Shown here: piece by piece, positions 50,601-62,931 of the stretch
Layout: each line of letters opens with the position of its first letter
How positions within the stretch are numbered: position 1 is the stretch's first letter
Assembly (NCBI GenBank): GCA_048213135.1
Contig: PS015054.1
Coordinates: 319,812 to 383,811 of the forward strand
DNA from: Reclinomonas americana ATCC 50394
Taxonomy: Eukaryota
Direction: 5' to 3'
DNA: 64,000 nt
Made by a program: the position numbers and the translations under genes
Notes under the pieces: model-generated
What the model was told of the DNA's origin: nothing
What the model saw: only the letters and a program-made list of their open reading frames with translations
Database searches by the model: none

Positions 50601-52816
50601 TCACGGCCTACAGCCTCAATCCGCCACTCCGTGTGGTCGCCTCGTCGACGGCCAGTGGCTTCAGTCCAGCCTCCATCACCACCCTCAATTCGCCTGTCAC
50701 ATTCACTGTGCAAGGCACGGCACTGTCGACGAGTGATGTGTTGGTGTTTGTGCGCACGACCGCTGCCGACGCCTGCTCGTGGACCTCGGTGCCGAATAAC
50801 TCGTCGATTGTTACCTTCCCGGCGTCCACTGCCACGTTGAGCACCGCGGCAGACTCGCTTACTGGCTCTGTAACATTCACGCAAGCGGCGTATTACACGC
50901 TGTGCTACCAGTCCGGTGGTGTTGGGAGTGCTACTGCTGTCTCTGGCACACTGAACACTGGTGTGTGTCATTTTCGCAAGTCGATACCGGTTGCGTCTCT
51001 CCTTGCTGATTACGTTCTCGGGTGCAGGGGTGTCGTCCAAGTGGTGGAACACGTGGCGCATTGCCGTCATCAGCGCCGCTTGCGGTGTGGCGTTCATTCT
51101 GCTCATTCTGCTCATCATCTACCTGTGCATTCGACGCCGGCGCAAGTCGTCCATGTGGGTGGCCTCACCCACCACTGGCAAGGTGTGTATTTTGTCAGAT
51201 TGGTCATTGCCACGATCAGTGATGTCACTCATCCCTGCTCACTACCACAACAGCCGTTACTGGCCATGACTGTGAGTGACCAAGGCACTCCTCGCGGCCG
51301 CCCATCGCCTGTCAAGTGGTCACACGCCCCCACGCCGTCGACCGGCAGCGTCGCCGTTGTCATTGAAGAGGAGGAGATGAATGGGACGGCCGCTGCCTCG
51401 ACGTACGAAGCCGCAGTCGCGTCGCCCACTTCACCAAACGGCAATGCGTCGCCGCGCCTGGTGCTGCTGGCCACCGACTCACGCAGTCACCAGCCCGCTC
51501 CAGTCGCTGCGCGCGCGTCCAGGGAATTGCGCCGCGGTGTGGCAGTCAGCAGCATCCTGTCGGCAAGTGCCGGCGCCATGGCAGCCGCGGATAGCCTCAA
51601 TCCGGATCCTCGACATGCAGACGCCGCCGAGCACACCGACTCCATCAAGATCGAGATCATTGACTCGGAGCCGCAGCCGGTTTGTACGCGGATGTGACAC
51701 TTGTGTTTTGTCTTTCTGCGTTGCTACAAATCTCACACGTATCTGTTCGCCTCGCACAGGTCATAACCACGCCGGTCGCCATGCGCGCGACCGACTCGCA
51801 CACACCGGCCAGCAGTCAAGGACTGCTGCAAGGACAGATTGTCACCACCACGGGAGCCAGTGCAGCCACCGCTGCCGCTGCCGCCGCCGCCGCCGCTGCT
51901 CGCCGTACGACTCCCGACGAGTGGCTGGAGGAACCAATGGACCACGCCAACCCGATTCGCACCACTGTCGAGCTGGACGAGCCGCGACCATTGACCGATG
52001 TGGCCGACGACACGGCGCTGCGCGGAACGCACATTCGACCAATTTTCCGTGTACGCGACGTGGCTCCCGCCACCCCCCAGCGACCGCTCATATATTCGCC
52101 TGCCAGCGCCCACACACCACACTCGCCAGACTTTGACATGGACACGGTGAGGGTCGCGCATCTCTCTCGGCACCTCCATTCTTCATTTCACTCACTCACT
52201 CGCTCATTCGCTCACACTCTCGCAGGTGGCACAAGTTCGCGTGTCCCTGGCAACGGCACTGGCCTCGCCACTGGTTGGCTCTCGTCCGCACCAAGACACC
52301 GACAACGAGCGACAGCAGCGACAGGCATCGCCACCCAAGGCCGGCCAACGAGCGGCCTCATCGCCACGGCGCACGCGACCGTCGCCACAGCCGCCGCAGC
52401 CGCCACCAATGCCTCAGCCGCAACCGCAATCGCGACGCAGTCCACCCGGCACGTCGCCAACACGCAGACGACCGGCAGCCTCACCACCGCCACCAGCACG
52501 TGAGCCACGACGCCGGTCACCATCATCGCGAGTTCCAGTGCCACCGCCACCACGCTCTGTATCCCAGTTCTCCCCAATCCCGGCGCCGAGCGCATCACCC
52601 GAACGCTCACCACGACAGCAGGAGCGGCTGGTGCGCAGCGCCGGGCCCTCACGTCGCTCACCGTCGGCCGGACGCAGCCAGTCACCCATCCGCCCCGCCC
52701 TGCCCGTCGTTCTCCCCTCCTCCGTGCCAACATCGGCGCGCGGCGGAGCAACCGCGGCAACCAATCGTCGTCGGCAAGCGTCGCCGTCGTCGCCCACCAG
52801 GCGCCAGCAGCGATAA
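41693..52816 (+). CDS. Giant type I membrane protein: signal peptide, ~23 tandem Ig/IPT-TIG-like modules, one TM helix, P/S/R-rich cytoplasmic tail
   Basis: Signal WAVAIAVIVLLVTVLQPVDA. Repeated ~100 aa units with T/S-I/V-x-P..G..TGTxL..C..G-x-Y/W-x-L-C. TM IAVISAACGVAFILLILLIIYLCI followed by RRRRK (~51060-51145). Stop at 52814-52816. Confidence 0.85.
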
Positions 52817-52854
52817 CAAGGAAACGCAAGCGTTTTGTACCAGTAACATCCTCC

Positions 52855-53343
52855 TCAGATGGTGAAGAGGTTTTTGAGGAAGCCGAGGGAAAAGTAAATA
52901 AAGATTACGGAGAAGAGTGCGGACCAGATCATCAGATCGAGCACATAGATCAGATGATTGCTGGTGGCATAGATGGCCGCCACTGCCAGCGCTGAGTCCA
53001 TGAGGGAGAGAGAATGAGACACGAGCACACTGGTGAGCAATGGGGTGTGAGACTCTCTCACCTGGAGGCGCAATGTACACGAATCCCAGCAAGCCGCTGA
53101 GCAACGCCATGGCAATGGGGAACGCCACAAACGAGATGTAGTACTTGGAGACGACGCGAATCGAGGCGAATGCCCACAGAAAGTGGAACCCTGCGATCTC
53201 CGCCACTGTCACACCCACCAGAATGCCCCAGATGCCTTGTGTTGGAGAGAGAGACGAGCGTGAGCGGATGATGCAGGCAATGAGAGATTGACAAGGGAGA
53301 TGCAACTCAAGAGGCCTTCCCAGAAACTTGGTTCGCTCGCCAT
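52855..53343 (-). CDS. Small multi-pass membrane protein, TMEM170-like
   Basis: Spliced MASEPSFWEGLLSIWGILV..FH..ALAVAAIY..FLKNLFTI. Size, TM layout and the AAIY and C-terminal pattern recall TMEM170. Confidence 0.55.
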
Positions 53344-53467
53344 GTGTGTGCGTGAGAGAGAGAAGAGAGCGTGCGCGTGAGTGAGTGTGCGTGAGAGAAT
53401 GCGCGGACAATCAGTCGCTGACTCAACGGCCACCGATTGCTTCTGAGCGTGCGAGAAGAGGCCCTCC

Positions 53468-56173
53468 ATGGCACTCTCTGGATGGGAGGCACCTCGCGAT
53501 GACGAGTTCTTTGCCAGCAGGTCAGTGCCGCTTGTTGCTCTCCGTGAATGCGTGTGTGCGTGTGAGAAGAATACGTGTTTTACGCATTCGGTGAAAACTT
53601 TACAGGGTCTCTCCGACTCGAGCGCTGACCGAGGACGCTCATCACCATCATCAACCATCGCATTATGGTCGTCGTTCACCGCCCACGACTCATGGTGAGT
53701 CAGTGTGTGAGAGTGCGTGTGTGTGTGTGTGTGTTTTATTTTGACTGTGTATATGTTCGCTGCTGCCGTAGATGACAGCAGCATTTCGATATTTGGAGTG
53801 AGAGCCACCTTGTCGCCACCGAACCAGCCGCCTCCACCACCACCACCACCACCACCACCAAGTGTGCCACCACTGCCTATGGAAACGATGCGATCGTCGC
53901 CTGTGCGAAGGAGACCACTTGTACGCACCGCAGCTGGCTCACCGACGGCACCGGCGTCGCCTGTGGGCAGCGAGGCCGCAGCGTCACACTCACTGTTGAT
54001 GGCGCGATCGGTGTCGTCGCCTCACATGCAGCAGCTACAGCAGCAGTTTCAGCAGCGATTGGTGTCGCCACGTCCGTCGCTCACCTCACTGTTGGAGATG
54101 CGTTCGAACTCACTCAAGTCACTGTTCTCGGGTGGCCTGTCGAACGCATCGCCGCCGCCAGCCGCGTCGCCGACGCACGTGTCGTCGCCGCGCGTCGCTA
54201 CTCCGTCATCTGTTCCGTTGCAGTTGCAACGGGAGGCCAAGGCTCGTCGTTCGTCGTTCTCGGTGGCTCTCCTGCAGGAGGAGTCGCGACCGCTTCGGCG
54301 AGCGCAGCTCTTTCACACCGATCGCGGCCGTCCTGATGTGCCGCCACAACGTGCACCGTCGCCACCCAGGATACGAGTGCCGAATCACTCAGAGACGCAC
54401 AGTGTGGGCATGGCGCCCAGCGACGGTACGCTGCTCGACGTGAGCCACGAACTCTCGGATGCTGTGTACGACGACGATGAGAGCGACAGCGATGAGCAGA
54501 GTGACGACGAAGGCGGCAAAGGTGGTGCGCGAAGTCGCCGGCGTCGTCGCGCATCACCCAGCCACTCTGCCACTCGTCTGGCGACGACGGATGCGAGGTG
54601 GCGTCCGCGGCTGCGTGTGCCGCACACGGATCTGTCGTTCGACACCACGTCGGTGTACTCGCCCGTTGCCCGTGGTCACTCGCCACCGCAACCACTGGTG
54701 GCCTCACCACCGCCGTCGGCTCGACAACTGAATGCCGCACTCTCCGCAGAGGTCGGCCATCCGCTTATCAAACTCGATCTGGTGAACGAGCAAATGAGGT
54801 TGCGTCACCAGCGCCTTCTGTTCACGATATCTTCTGTCTGAGCTCTCATGGCGCACTTCATGCCCGGCAGGTTACAAGTGTATCACAGTCAGCAGCACCT
54901 GCCACACCCACATCCGGCGCTGCCGCTGGGCGGAAAACTCGGAGCGCTTTTCGTTCCCGGAACCAGTGGTGTGCGTGCCACGCTGCACACACGTCACGAC
55001 CGACAGCCGCTGCGGTTACCCGCCGATCAGTTCTTCTCCAGCCCTTGGTGTGTGTATGTGTGTGTACCGGATGGTACCCCTTCCCCCGCAGTCTCTCTGA
55101 CTCGCAAGTGCGCAGGCAACCACTGCTGAACGGCATTCCGACTCGATTTGTCACTGACGGTGAGTGAGCGAGCCTCCCCCGTGGTGTCGGGAGTTTGTCT
55201 TGCTTATACACTGTCAATCAGATGTGGACTTGCCGCGGGCCGAGTTTACAGATGATTCCGACGAGGAGGAGGAGGAGGAGGCCGAGCGCAGTGGTATGGA
55301 AAGCGCGATTTCGGAAGCGGCCGCCAGCGAGGCGGAGACCAGTGGTGCAGGTGATGCACCTCCATCTCCCGCTCAGACCACTACCGCACTGGCACCGGAG
55401 GCCGACAGGGAGCGACGGGTGTCGCCTGCGGTGAGCCCGAGTGAGCTTTTTTGTGGAGAAGTGTGTGGTATGAGTGTGGCTGACACCATTTTTTGATCAG
55501 CTTGCCATGCGAGTGGTCACCTGGGTGGCAAGAGCGCGAAGGAAGGTGCGGCGACGGCGACACATGCAGCAGCGCGAAGCCATTCAGAAACTTATCGACA
55601 GCGGCAAAGTGAGTCATGCAACGAGTATCGCAGAGCAATTCGGTGTCGGCGACTCACTGTGCCGCCAATGTGCAGCTGATTGTCGAGGTTGACGAAGACG
55701 ATTTGCGCAACGGCAAGATCCCGTTGCCTTACCGGATGCAGGGAAACATGGACATGTACACGGACGATGCAATGCTGACTCGAGAGCAGCTGCGGAAACA
55801 TCCACGGATCATGGCAATGCTTGATCAGGTGACGTCTGCTATTCATCTCGTGGGAGTGCGAATCGTGCACAGAGGCGACTAACCGCATGTCCGCAGTTTG
55901 TACACCTGCTGGCCCGCAGCAAAAAGACGCAGCGAATTCCCAAGTCCGAGTACGTGATGATTGCACGCTACGTGTACGACCTGCTGGCGCCAGAAATGCC
56001 GCGGCACTTGCGGCGCGAAGCGGTAGAACAGGAATGGGCAGAGGAGAGCGGCAGCGCTGACGCACAGGAAATGACGACAGATCGCTTCCGAGACTCGATT
56101 TTTGAACTGGCAGGTATGTCAATGGCATTATGCACGGGAGGATGTGTGACTGGGAGCGACTCAACAGTCGCTC

Positions 56174-56204
<31 letters not shown>

Positions 56205-58233
56205 GCGATAGACATCTGGTGCCGAACGCTGAATCCCGACGAGTAAGTCCAAGCGATGCTTCTGGTGTTAATGCTGCGGCTGCTAATCGCGTCATGTGCG
56301 ACTTTAAACAGATATGTCGACTTCCTGCACTCGCTACTGATGGCCATTGATCCGGATGGGAAGCTTCGTGCACGCGGAGTCGGTTTGAAGAAGGACCCTG
56401 ATCGCAAGAAACGACAGCGTCTCATCGGACCTCCCTCTCGTCGCCTCTACGAGCCATCTGCATCACAACAAGAGATGCAGGGTGGCCACACGGTACCGGT
56501 ATGGCTCGTGCAACCTCCACCACGCCCACCAGCGCAGAGTATGGCACCACCACCTCCTCCGCTTCCTCCTTCGTTCCAGTCGGTGCTGCCTTCACGGCTG
56601 CGGCATCAGGCTGTTGTGCATCCGCCAATGGCCGGCGGTCGGGTCAATCTGGTCGGCGCTGTTATCCGACCAGCATCCGCCGCGGCCACGGCAGCAACCG
56701 CCAGCGACATGAGATCGTTGATGACTGGCGCTCGTCCGACGCAGCCAAATCCATCGTCTTCAGGGGGAGCCAGGAGGCCCGCCAGTGCAGCTGCCACGGT
56801 TGGCCGTCGTCGACATCGAAAGAAGACTGGCAAGCGTGGTGTGTGTCTCTCTTGTGTGTGTATTCTCTCCACTCTGTCTCACCTCTGCAATGCAGGCGAG
56901 GATCCGAAAGAGACCTACACGCTGGAGCGTGTGATTCTGCAGAGGGTGAACTCCAATCTGAAGAGCAAGGACGAGATTGCGAAGAACAAGAGTGCCAGCG
57001 TGAGTGGAGCTGTCACTCCGCGTGCACCATCGGCTCTTGCCACCCCGCGCCCTTCATCGTCCACCACCCCGCGCCCCTCGTCCTCCACCACTCCCCGCCC
57101 TTCATCATCCACCACTCCGCGCGTGTCGTTCACGACCGGACCCGTTGCTCGCAATCCTCGCAGTCCGCCTCTCTCGCCGCGTATCGATCACATTCTCCGT
57201 CGACCGTCTCCACCTCGATCGGTTTGCATTTGCCATTCTGTTTCCGCCGCACCCCCCTGAGCTGACCATCGTATTCGCACGCGCGCAGGACTCGGAGTCG
57301 CCACCTCCACAACTGTCTCTCCCACCTCCATTGTCGGCTCGTGTGCGACCTGAGAGTGCGAGTGCCATGTTGCAGGGTGTGCCGCGTCCGACTGGCTGGG
57401 GCGGTGGTATTCCACCCTTCTTGGCCGCTGATTTGCGGCTGCCTCTGTCCGAGACGCGACCGGTGGAGAGCGAACGCGATGGATCGTTGCGGCGACCTGT
57501 GAGTGCAGCACCAACCACCTCACCAAGACCTGCTATCGCCAGCAGCACGTCGCCTCGCCGTCCAATGCCTGCCGCTGCTGTCACTCCGCCACCGCCGCCG
57601 CCACCACCACCATCATCGCAACAGCAACAACCACAGCCGACCGAGAGGCAGAGCGCACGCCTGGTGGTGCAACTGCCGGTTGATGCATCGCCGCTGTTGT
57701 CTCCGCGAGCCAAGAGTGCCAGACCCATGTCGGCTCGTTCTCGGCGCTTCACGCCGCGTCCATCCTCACAGGCATCGTCGACAGCAGCGGTGTCAGGGAC
57801 GGCCACTGCCCGATCGTGGCATACGCCCAGACCACACTCGGCCGCCAGTGGCAGCACCACGCGATTGGATTCGATGCGCGGTTCCATTCTCTCGCAGAGG
57901 CCGCGATCGGGTCGAATGATTTCTGGTGCCGGCAACGGTGGCGGCGGTGCTGCCGTCGCCGGTGACACTGTTCTGGCTTCGTCGATGCTGGCCCTGCTGG
58001 AGGCTGGTCGCATTCCAAAGAAACACGCCAAGTTGATTGACAGAGCGACGAATGGCGAAGTGCGTATATCCCACCCACGCCAGTGTTGACCGTCTCCCTC
58101 CGCTCACTCTTCTCGATGACAGATGTCGGAGACGTACAATGAGCTCGTCAGTCGTGACCTGCAGCGACAGGAGGAGCTGCTGCAGCATCGACTGGACCTG
58201 GAGGACGACTGGGAGATCACGGATAACTTCTAA
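53468..58233 (+). CDS. Large P/S/R-rich hypothetical protein with a central folded (EF-hand-like) segment
   Basis: Exons join through GT-AG introns from MALSGWEAP to DWEITDNF*. Ordered segment LRKHPRI..EQEWAEES..FRDSIFELADIWCRT..YVDFLHSLL. Confidence 0.65.
57040..57123 (+). repeat. Coding 24-nt tandem repeat (~3.5 copies) encoding TPRPSSST
   Basis: CCACCCCGCGCCCTTCATCGT-like units; the translation reads TPRPSSSTTPRPSSSTTPRPSSSTTPR. Confidence 0.85.
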
Positions 58234-58316
58234 TTAATTACCAGTGAAATCCCTCCCCCGTCGCCTGTGCCGGGCTGCTGCTACACACACGCATGCGTTC
58301 ATGTCGTATTTTTCAT

Positions 58317-61300
58317 CTACAGCAGAGCATCCGAGAGAGCGGTGGCCACGCGGAACTCCTCGCGAGAAAGCATCGTGTACATCCTTTGTGGGCACGCCAG
58401 ACCACCGCCAGCCGGGCGAACAGAGGCACTGCGGAAGATGAACTCGCGTGCAGTCGGTGCTGGGAACTCTGCGAGGAACGACTTGAGTGCACGTCTGTGG
58501 AAGAGAATCAAAACAGCCGCCCACCCCCACTCACCACGCCCGCCACCGCTCACTCGCAGGAACTCGACCACGAGTGGAATGTCCATCACACCGACTTCGA
58601 ATGTACCATCCAACAGCTGGTTGACAAATGTCTGCGCACGATCGGGAGCCAATCGCTCAAACTGCCGTCACAAGCGCAGGTAAGCTCCCGTATGCGCGCA
58701 CTTGGGGAGATTACGAGAGCACGCAACTCGCTCCAACAGCGAAGCCACTCGTGAAATGGCAATCTCCAGCTCCTCCATCTTGTAGATGACGTCTTGCAGT
58801 GCGCGCCTGCTACATCCCATACGAACGCGTGAGCATTGACGCAGAGAGGAACAACAACACAGTTCAGCGGCTGGATGGTGGGGCGCAACATGTCACCGGC
58901 ATTATCGGGATCAAACGCATGTTTCATCAGCAGTCTGCAGTCCTCCACGAGATCCTCGAGAAGAGGGAATCCGGTGACATCCATGGCGCTGGTGAGCACC
59001 AGGAAGCCGGTGACAAGGCACTGGCGCAAAATCCTGCGAACACATGTGGCTGTAAATACCACAAGCGAACAGGTGGAAACGTAACGATGACGCACGCAAC
59101 TGGAGCATGAACTCATCCATGGTCATGGTCTCAAAGTAGTGCAGCACGAGCTCGGCCTCGCGCACATAGTCGAACAAGGCGCGCTGCTTGGCAGCAGGCA
59201 CTGGCGTTGCTCGCTGCGCGCTCCCTACAGTTAGCAGAATGCACGGCACGAAATCGTTCCGGAATAACACACCTCCCACGACTCTGTCCACTGGCTGGAC
59301 TCGCGCATGCGCAGACTCAGTGAGCCATCCGGATCCAGATCCTACTCCACGCAGGCAGTGAGTTTCTCTTCCAGTGCAACCCGTGGGAAATCAATGCGTC
59401 GCACACAGGTACCTTTGGCGAGTACCACTTGATGAAATCCTTCAGCGTGCACCCGGGGTTCGCGGCCTTGAATGCTTGCATGTCTGTGGCGTTCTCCAGG
59501 ACTTCAGGGAGACGGAAAGAGAGAGAGAGATGACTGCAGCACGACGTCGGCACGCACCAGACACGAGCTGTGGGGTCTGCATGGCAGCACGAATCCGTGC
59601 CGCTTCGCGCGAGGTGCCGAGATTGGAAAACACCTCCTGCTGGTGAATGACCACATCCTCAGTGACGGGTGGCATCTCCTGTGAGCGTGGTTCGTTCAAT
59701 TTCTGAGTGCTCGAGAGAAGCACTCACATATACAAACCTGCGTCTCGGGCACATACAGTGGGGCGCCAGAATCACAGCGAACGCCTTTCAAGCGACTCTT
59801 GATACCGACACCCGGTGGTGCGCCTCCGTCTTCCATGCTGTCGCCCTCCAGCAGTACATCCGTGAGGTCGACCTCGGCAGTGACGACTGAGTCGTCGACA
59901 GCGGCTGATTCGTCGACGACAGCGTGTGCGATCGCTCCTGCTTCGTCCTCCTCTTCCGGTGCCTCATCGGGGTCGTCCACCTCTGCATCGAAAAACTCCT
60001 CGCACGTCTCGTCCAGCTGCGATGCAGATCCCTGCTGCAAGCACAATCATGTCGGTGGAGAAGCCGAATGCAAACAAGGGTGGAAGCTGCAACGTACAGA
60101 CGAGGCCACTGTAGAAGCAGTGCTTGCGGTGGCGGCGACGGTGGCAGCGGAAGGGGGACTCGCCTGCTGTGGCGACGGCACCAAGTTCAGCTCCTCTTCG
60201 TCGAGGAAATCCCATCCTACCACGTTGACTTTAGTGAAAAACAGTGGACAACCACGCTCAAAGTAGATGCAACACCAGCTGTCACACCTCCTTCCTCGGC
60301 AGTGGCAGTGGACACGTTGAGGGTGGCGGCTGCGCTCTGAGGCGAGCGCACCGGCGACTGGCTACCTCCGTGGAGCCGACTGGCCGCGATGCAACAGTTG
60401 AGCTGCGTCGTCATCATCATCATCATCATCATTGTGATGACGATCTCGTGTCAGTGGATGGCGAGTGCAAACAGACTGAACAGGTGCGCCTAACCAGCTG
60501 CAGCTTCTGATGGAAGAGCGACGTGTCTAGATTTGGATTGCCGGGGTCCGTGTACGGCAACGAAATGTTGTTCTCCCAGCGATAGCGCAGCTCACGCAGG
60601 AACACCCGTCGCAGCATTTCCACTCCTTCGTCCTCGGACACGAGAGACAACTGCACCGCCATTCGCCACGGCAGCGAGCCAGGTGGACCGCACTTGGGCA
60701 GCATCTGTCGGACGAAGCGTGAGTTCACGAACGCGGACTCGACCGCAGCACCCGCAATCCGACCACTCACCCGCAAGTGACTCTCCCACGCGCTGCGAGC
60801 ATGCGCTGTGGTGGCCACATCGACGGCCCCGCCAGCGATTCTTCACGAGAGGAAGATGCAGAGAGTGAGCTGGCGTGCAGATTGCAAGCAGTAAACTTTA
60901 TCCTTCTTCGCCCCACACTCACCTTCTGTACCGCTCGACGGCTTCGCTCAGCTCCTCGGACATGGGCCACGTGTACAGGTTGCCCAGTGTATTCTGCAGC
61001 GCCAGATACACATCGCACTGCGACACGGTCTCGCGTGCCTTTCGCCGCTCTGCACCGCGAATGAGCTCGCCCTTCTCTCAAGGCAAGACCACACCGCACG
61101 ACGACGCAACGCTTCTTTTCGCCAAACAGATTGCCAATCACCTTGATCAGCTGTTGCTCCAGAGCTGCATGTGTGTGAGCAAAGCATCAGCTGCAGGAAA
61201 CAGCAACGGAAGACATTACTCACCAGATCCCCCTCGTGCACTCCCAGGTCTCTGATAGTGTCCGTATGTGGTGAACACTGCACGAAGGAACTCACTCACA

Positions 61301-62846
61301 CCGGCGCTGTGCCTGCACAGAGATGCACAACGGCTTGTGAGTACAGTGTCAATCCACGGCCATTATCCCATCACGCCCCCACGCAACTTGTCTTGATCGA
61401 ATGCGGTGATCATCCATCGCGAGGCAGCCTCGGGGTGCAGCTCACTGTAGCCGGCTGTGTCGACCAGTGCCGAGGACGGTGTCATGTCCCAACGTGCGCA
61501 GCATCGGACGGCCGCCACTGCGTCGGCTTCTGTGCCCACCTCCCACTGCGGCACAATGGAGCGCTCGTTAAGCCGGTCAAGAACCTTGGTCCAGCTGTGC
61601 ATCTCCAGCGCGTCGCTGACGTAGGTGAGTTGCGCGGTCACATTGATCTTGCTGCCGAGACTCGATCGTAGTCCCTGCAGTGCGCGCGCGGTCAGTGGGG
61701 AGACGAACTGGTGGAAGAGAGCAGAGTGCTCACCATTTTCAGCGAAAACAAGTCCACCAGACCGGCGACGTTGGTGTAGAGTGGCGGAATGGTGGTGGTG
61801 CTGTCGACGGCGTACGATGTGACAAACTGCTGTGTGGCGTGACACTTTTCGCCCATCTCTTGCACAAGCGGGCCCTGGCCGTGCGCCGCGACGCACTTGG
61901 TGCGCGAGGCCACAGCATCCTTCTCCAGCGAGTAGCCGACATACGACAACGATCCGATCTGCACAAAGCACGGCAGCGAACTGGTTGTTGAATGGAGGAC
62001 ACCGTGAGCTGATCGCCGTTCCTTCAGCTGACAACAGGCGATGCGCTCGCACTCACCACCCGAGATTGCCAATGGCCGTGGTGACGGCGCTCAGCAGCAG
62101 AGGCGCCGTGCGCTTGTCAAACGATCCAGAGTTGGGCGACACCACCATGAAGCGCTCCACTCCAAACCATCGGTGCAGGCGATGGGCGCTCTCCGGAAAG
62201 TCCCTTCGCGGATCCAGCAGCGCGCCAAACACATCCACTGATCCGCACAGAGACAAGTGTCACAAAATAAAGACGACAACAATCAACAAACATGAGTGCA
62301 CAAACCCTCTTCCGTTTCACGCGAGAAGAAGTAGAACAGCTTGTACGACTCGGCATCAAAGAGCAGCACACTGGAGAGACACAACTCGCCGACCGCCGTG
62401 GAAGCGCGCGAATTCGCCTGCTGCCGACACACAATCAACATCACAAACTGAACATTCTCTTGGTCCGCCCCTGCCCACGCACCTCTTGTTCCTCCTCTCG
62501 CTCCACAAGCCACTGTCGCAACAAGTCCTCAATCTCTGCCACAAACCTGCTCACTCGTCAGATCACAATCTGATCATCACATCATCTGCCGCTGCTGAAA
62601 GTCACGCAACTTTTCATACGGCGACACACACGAGTAGTCCTCGATCTCAAAGTACTCCTCCTCCTTCTCAGCTGGCTCCTCGCTGTCATCCTCCGCCTCC
62701 TCTGCCTCCTCCTCTCCTTGATCTTGTTCTTCATCGTCGTCGCCCCACGTGTCATCATCATCATCAGCGTCGCCACCAGCAGCACCCGGCTTGGGTCGTC
62801 TGGGTCGACCAAAGGCGTCCAGTGATCCCTCTGCCGCAGCCGACAT
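58317..62846 (-). CDS. RAB3GAP1: Rab3 GTPase-activating protein catalytic subunit
   Basis: FEIEDYSCVSPYEK, RLHRWFGVERF, LRELRYRWE..P..LFHQKLQL, PLYVPETQ, PVTEDV..RAAMQ..SDMQAFKAANPGCTLKDFIKWYSP, LFDYVREAELVLHYF, PQRMY. Confidence 0.95.
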
Positions 62847-62931
62847 TGCCTCGTCACTGGAAGGGTTGGTGGGAAGAGCGACTGACTTGTCCTTCACGGA
62901 CACTTTTTGCTCTTTCAAGTACGTATGCCAC

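Noticed and set aside
57040-57123. CRISPR-like reading of the short repeats
   Set aside because: Head-to-tail coding minisatellite without spacers, in a eukaryotic exon.
27-62610. Introner (intron-generating transposon) origin for the GTTGCGT introns
   Set aside because: These introns share only ~7 nt at the donor. I saw no shared body sequence, terminal inverted repeats or target-site duplications.
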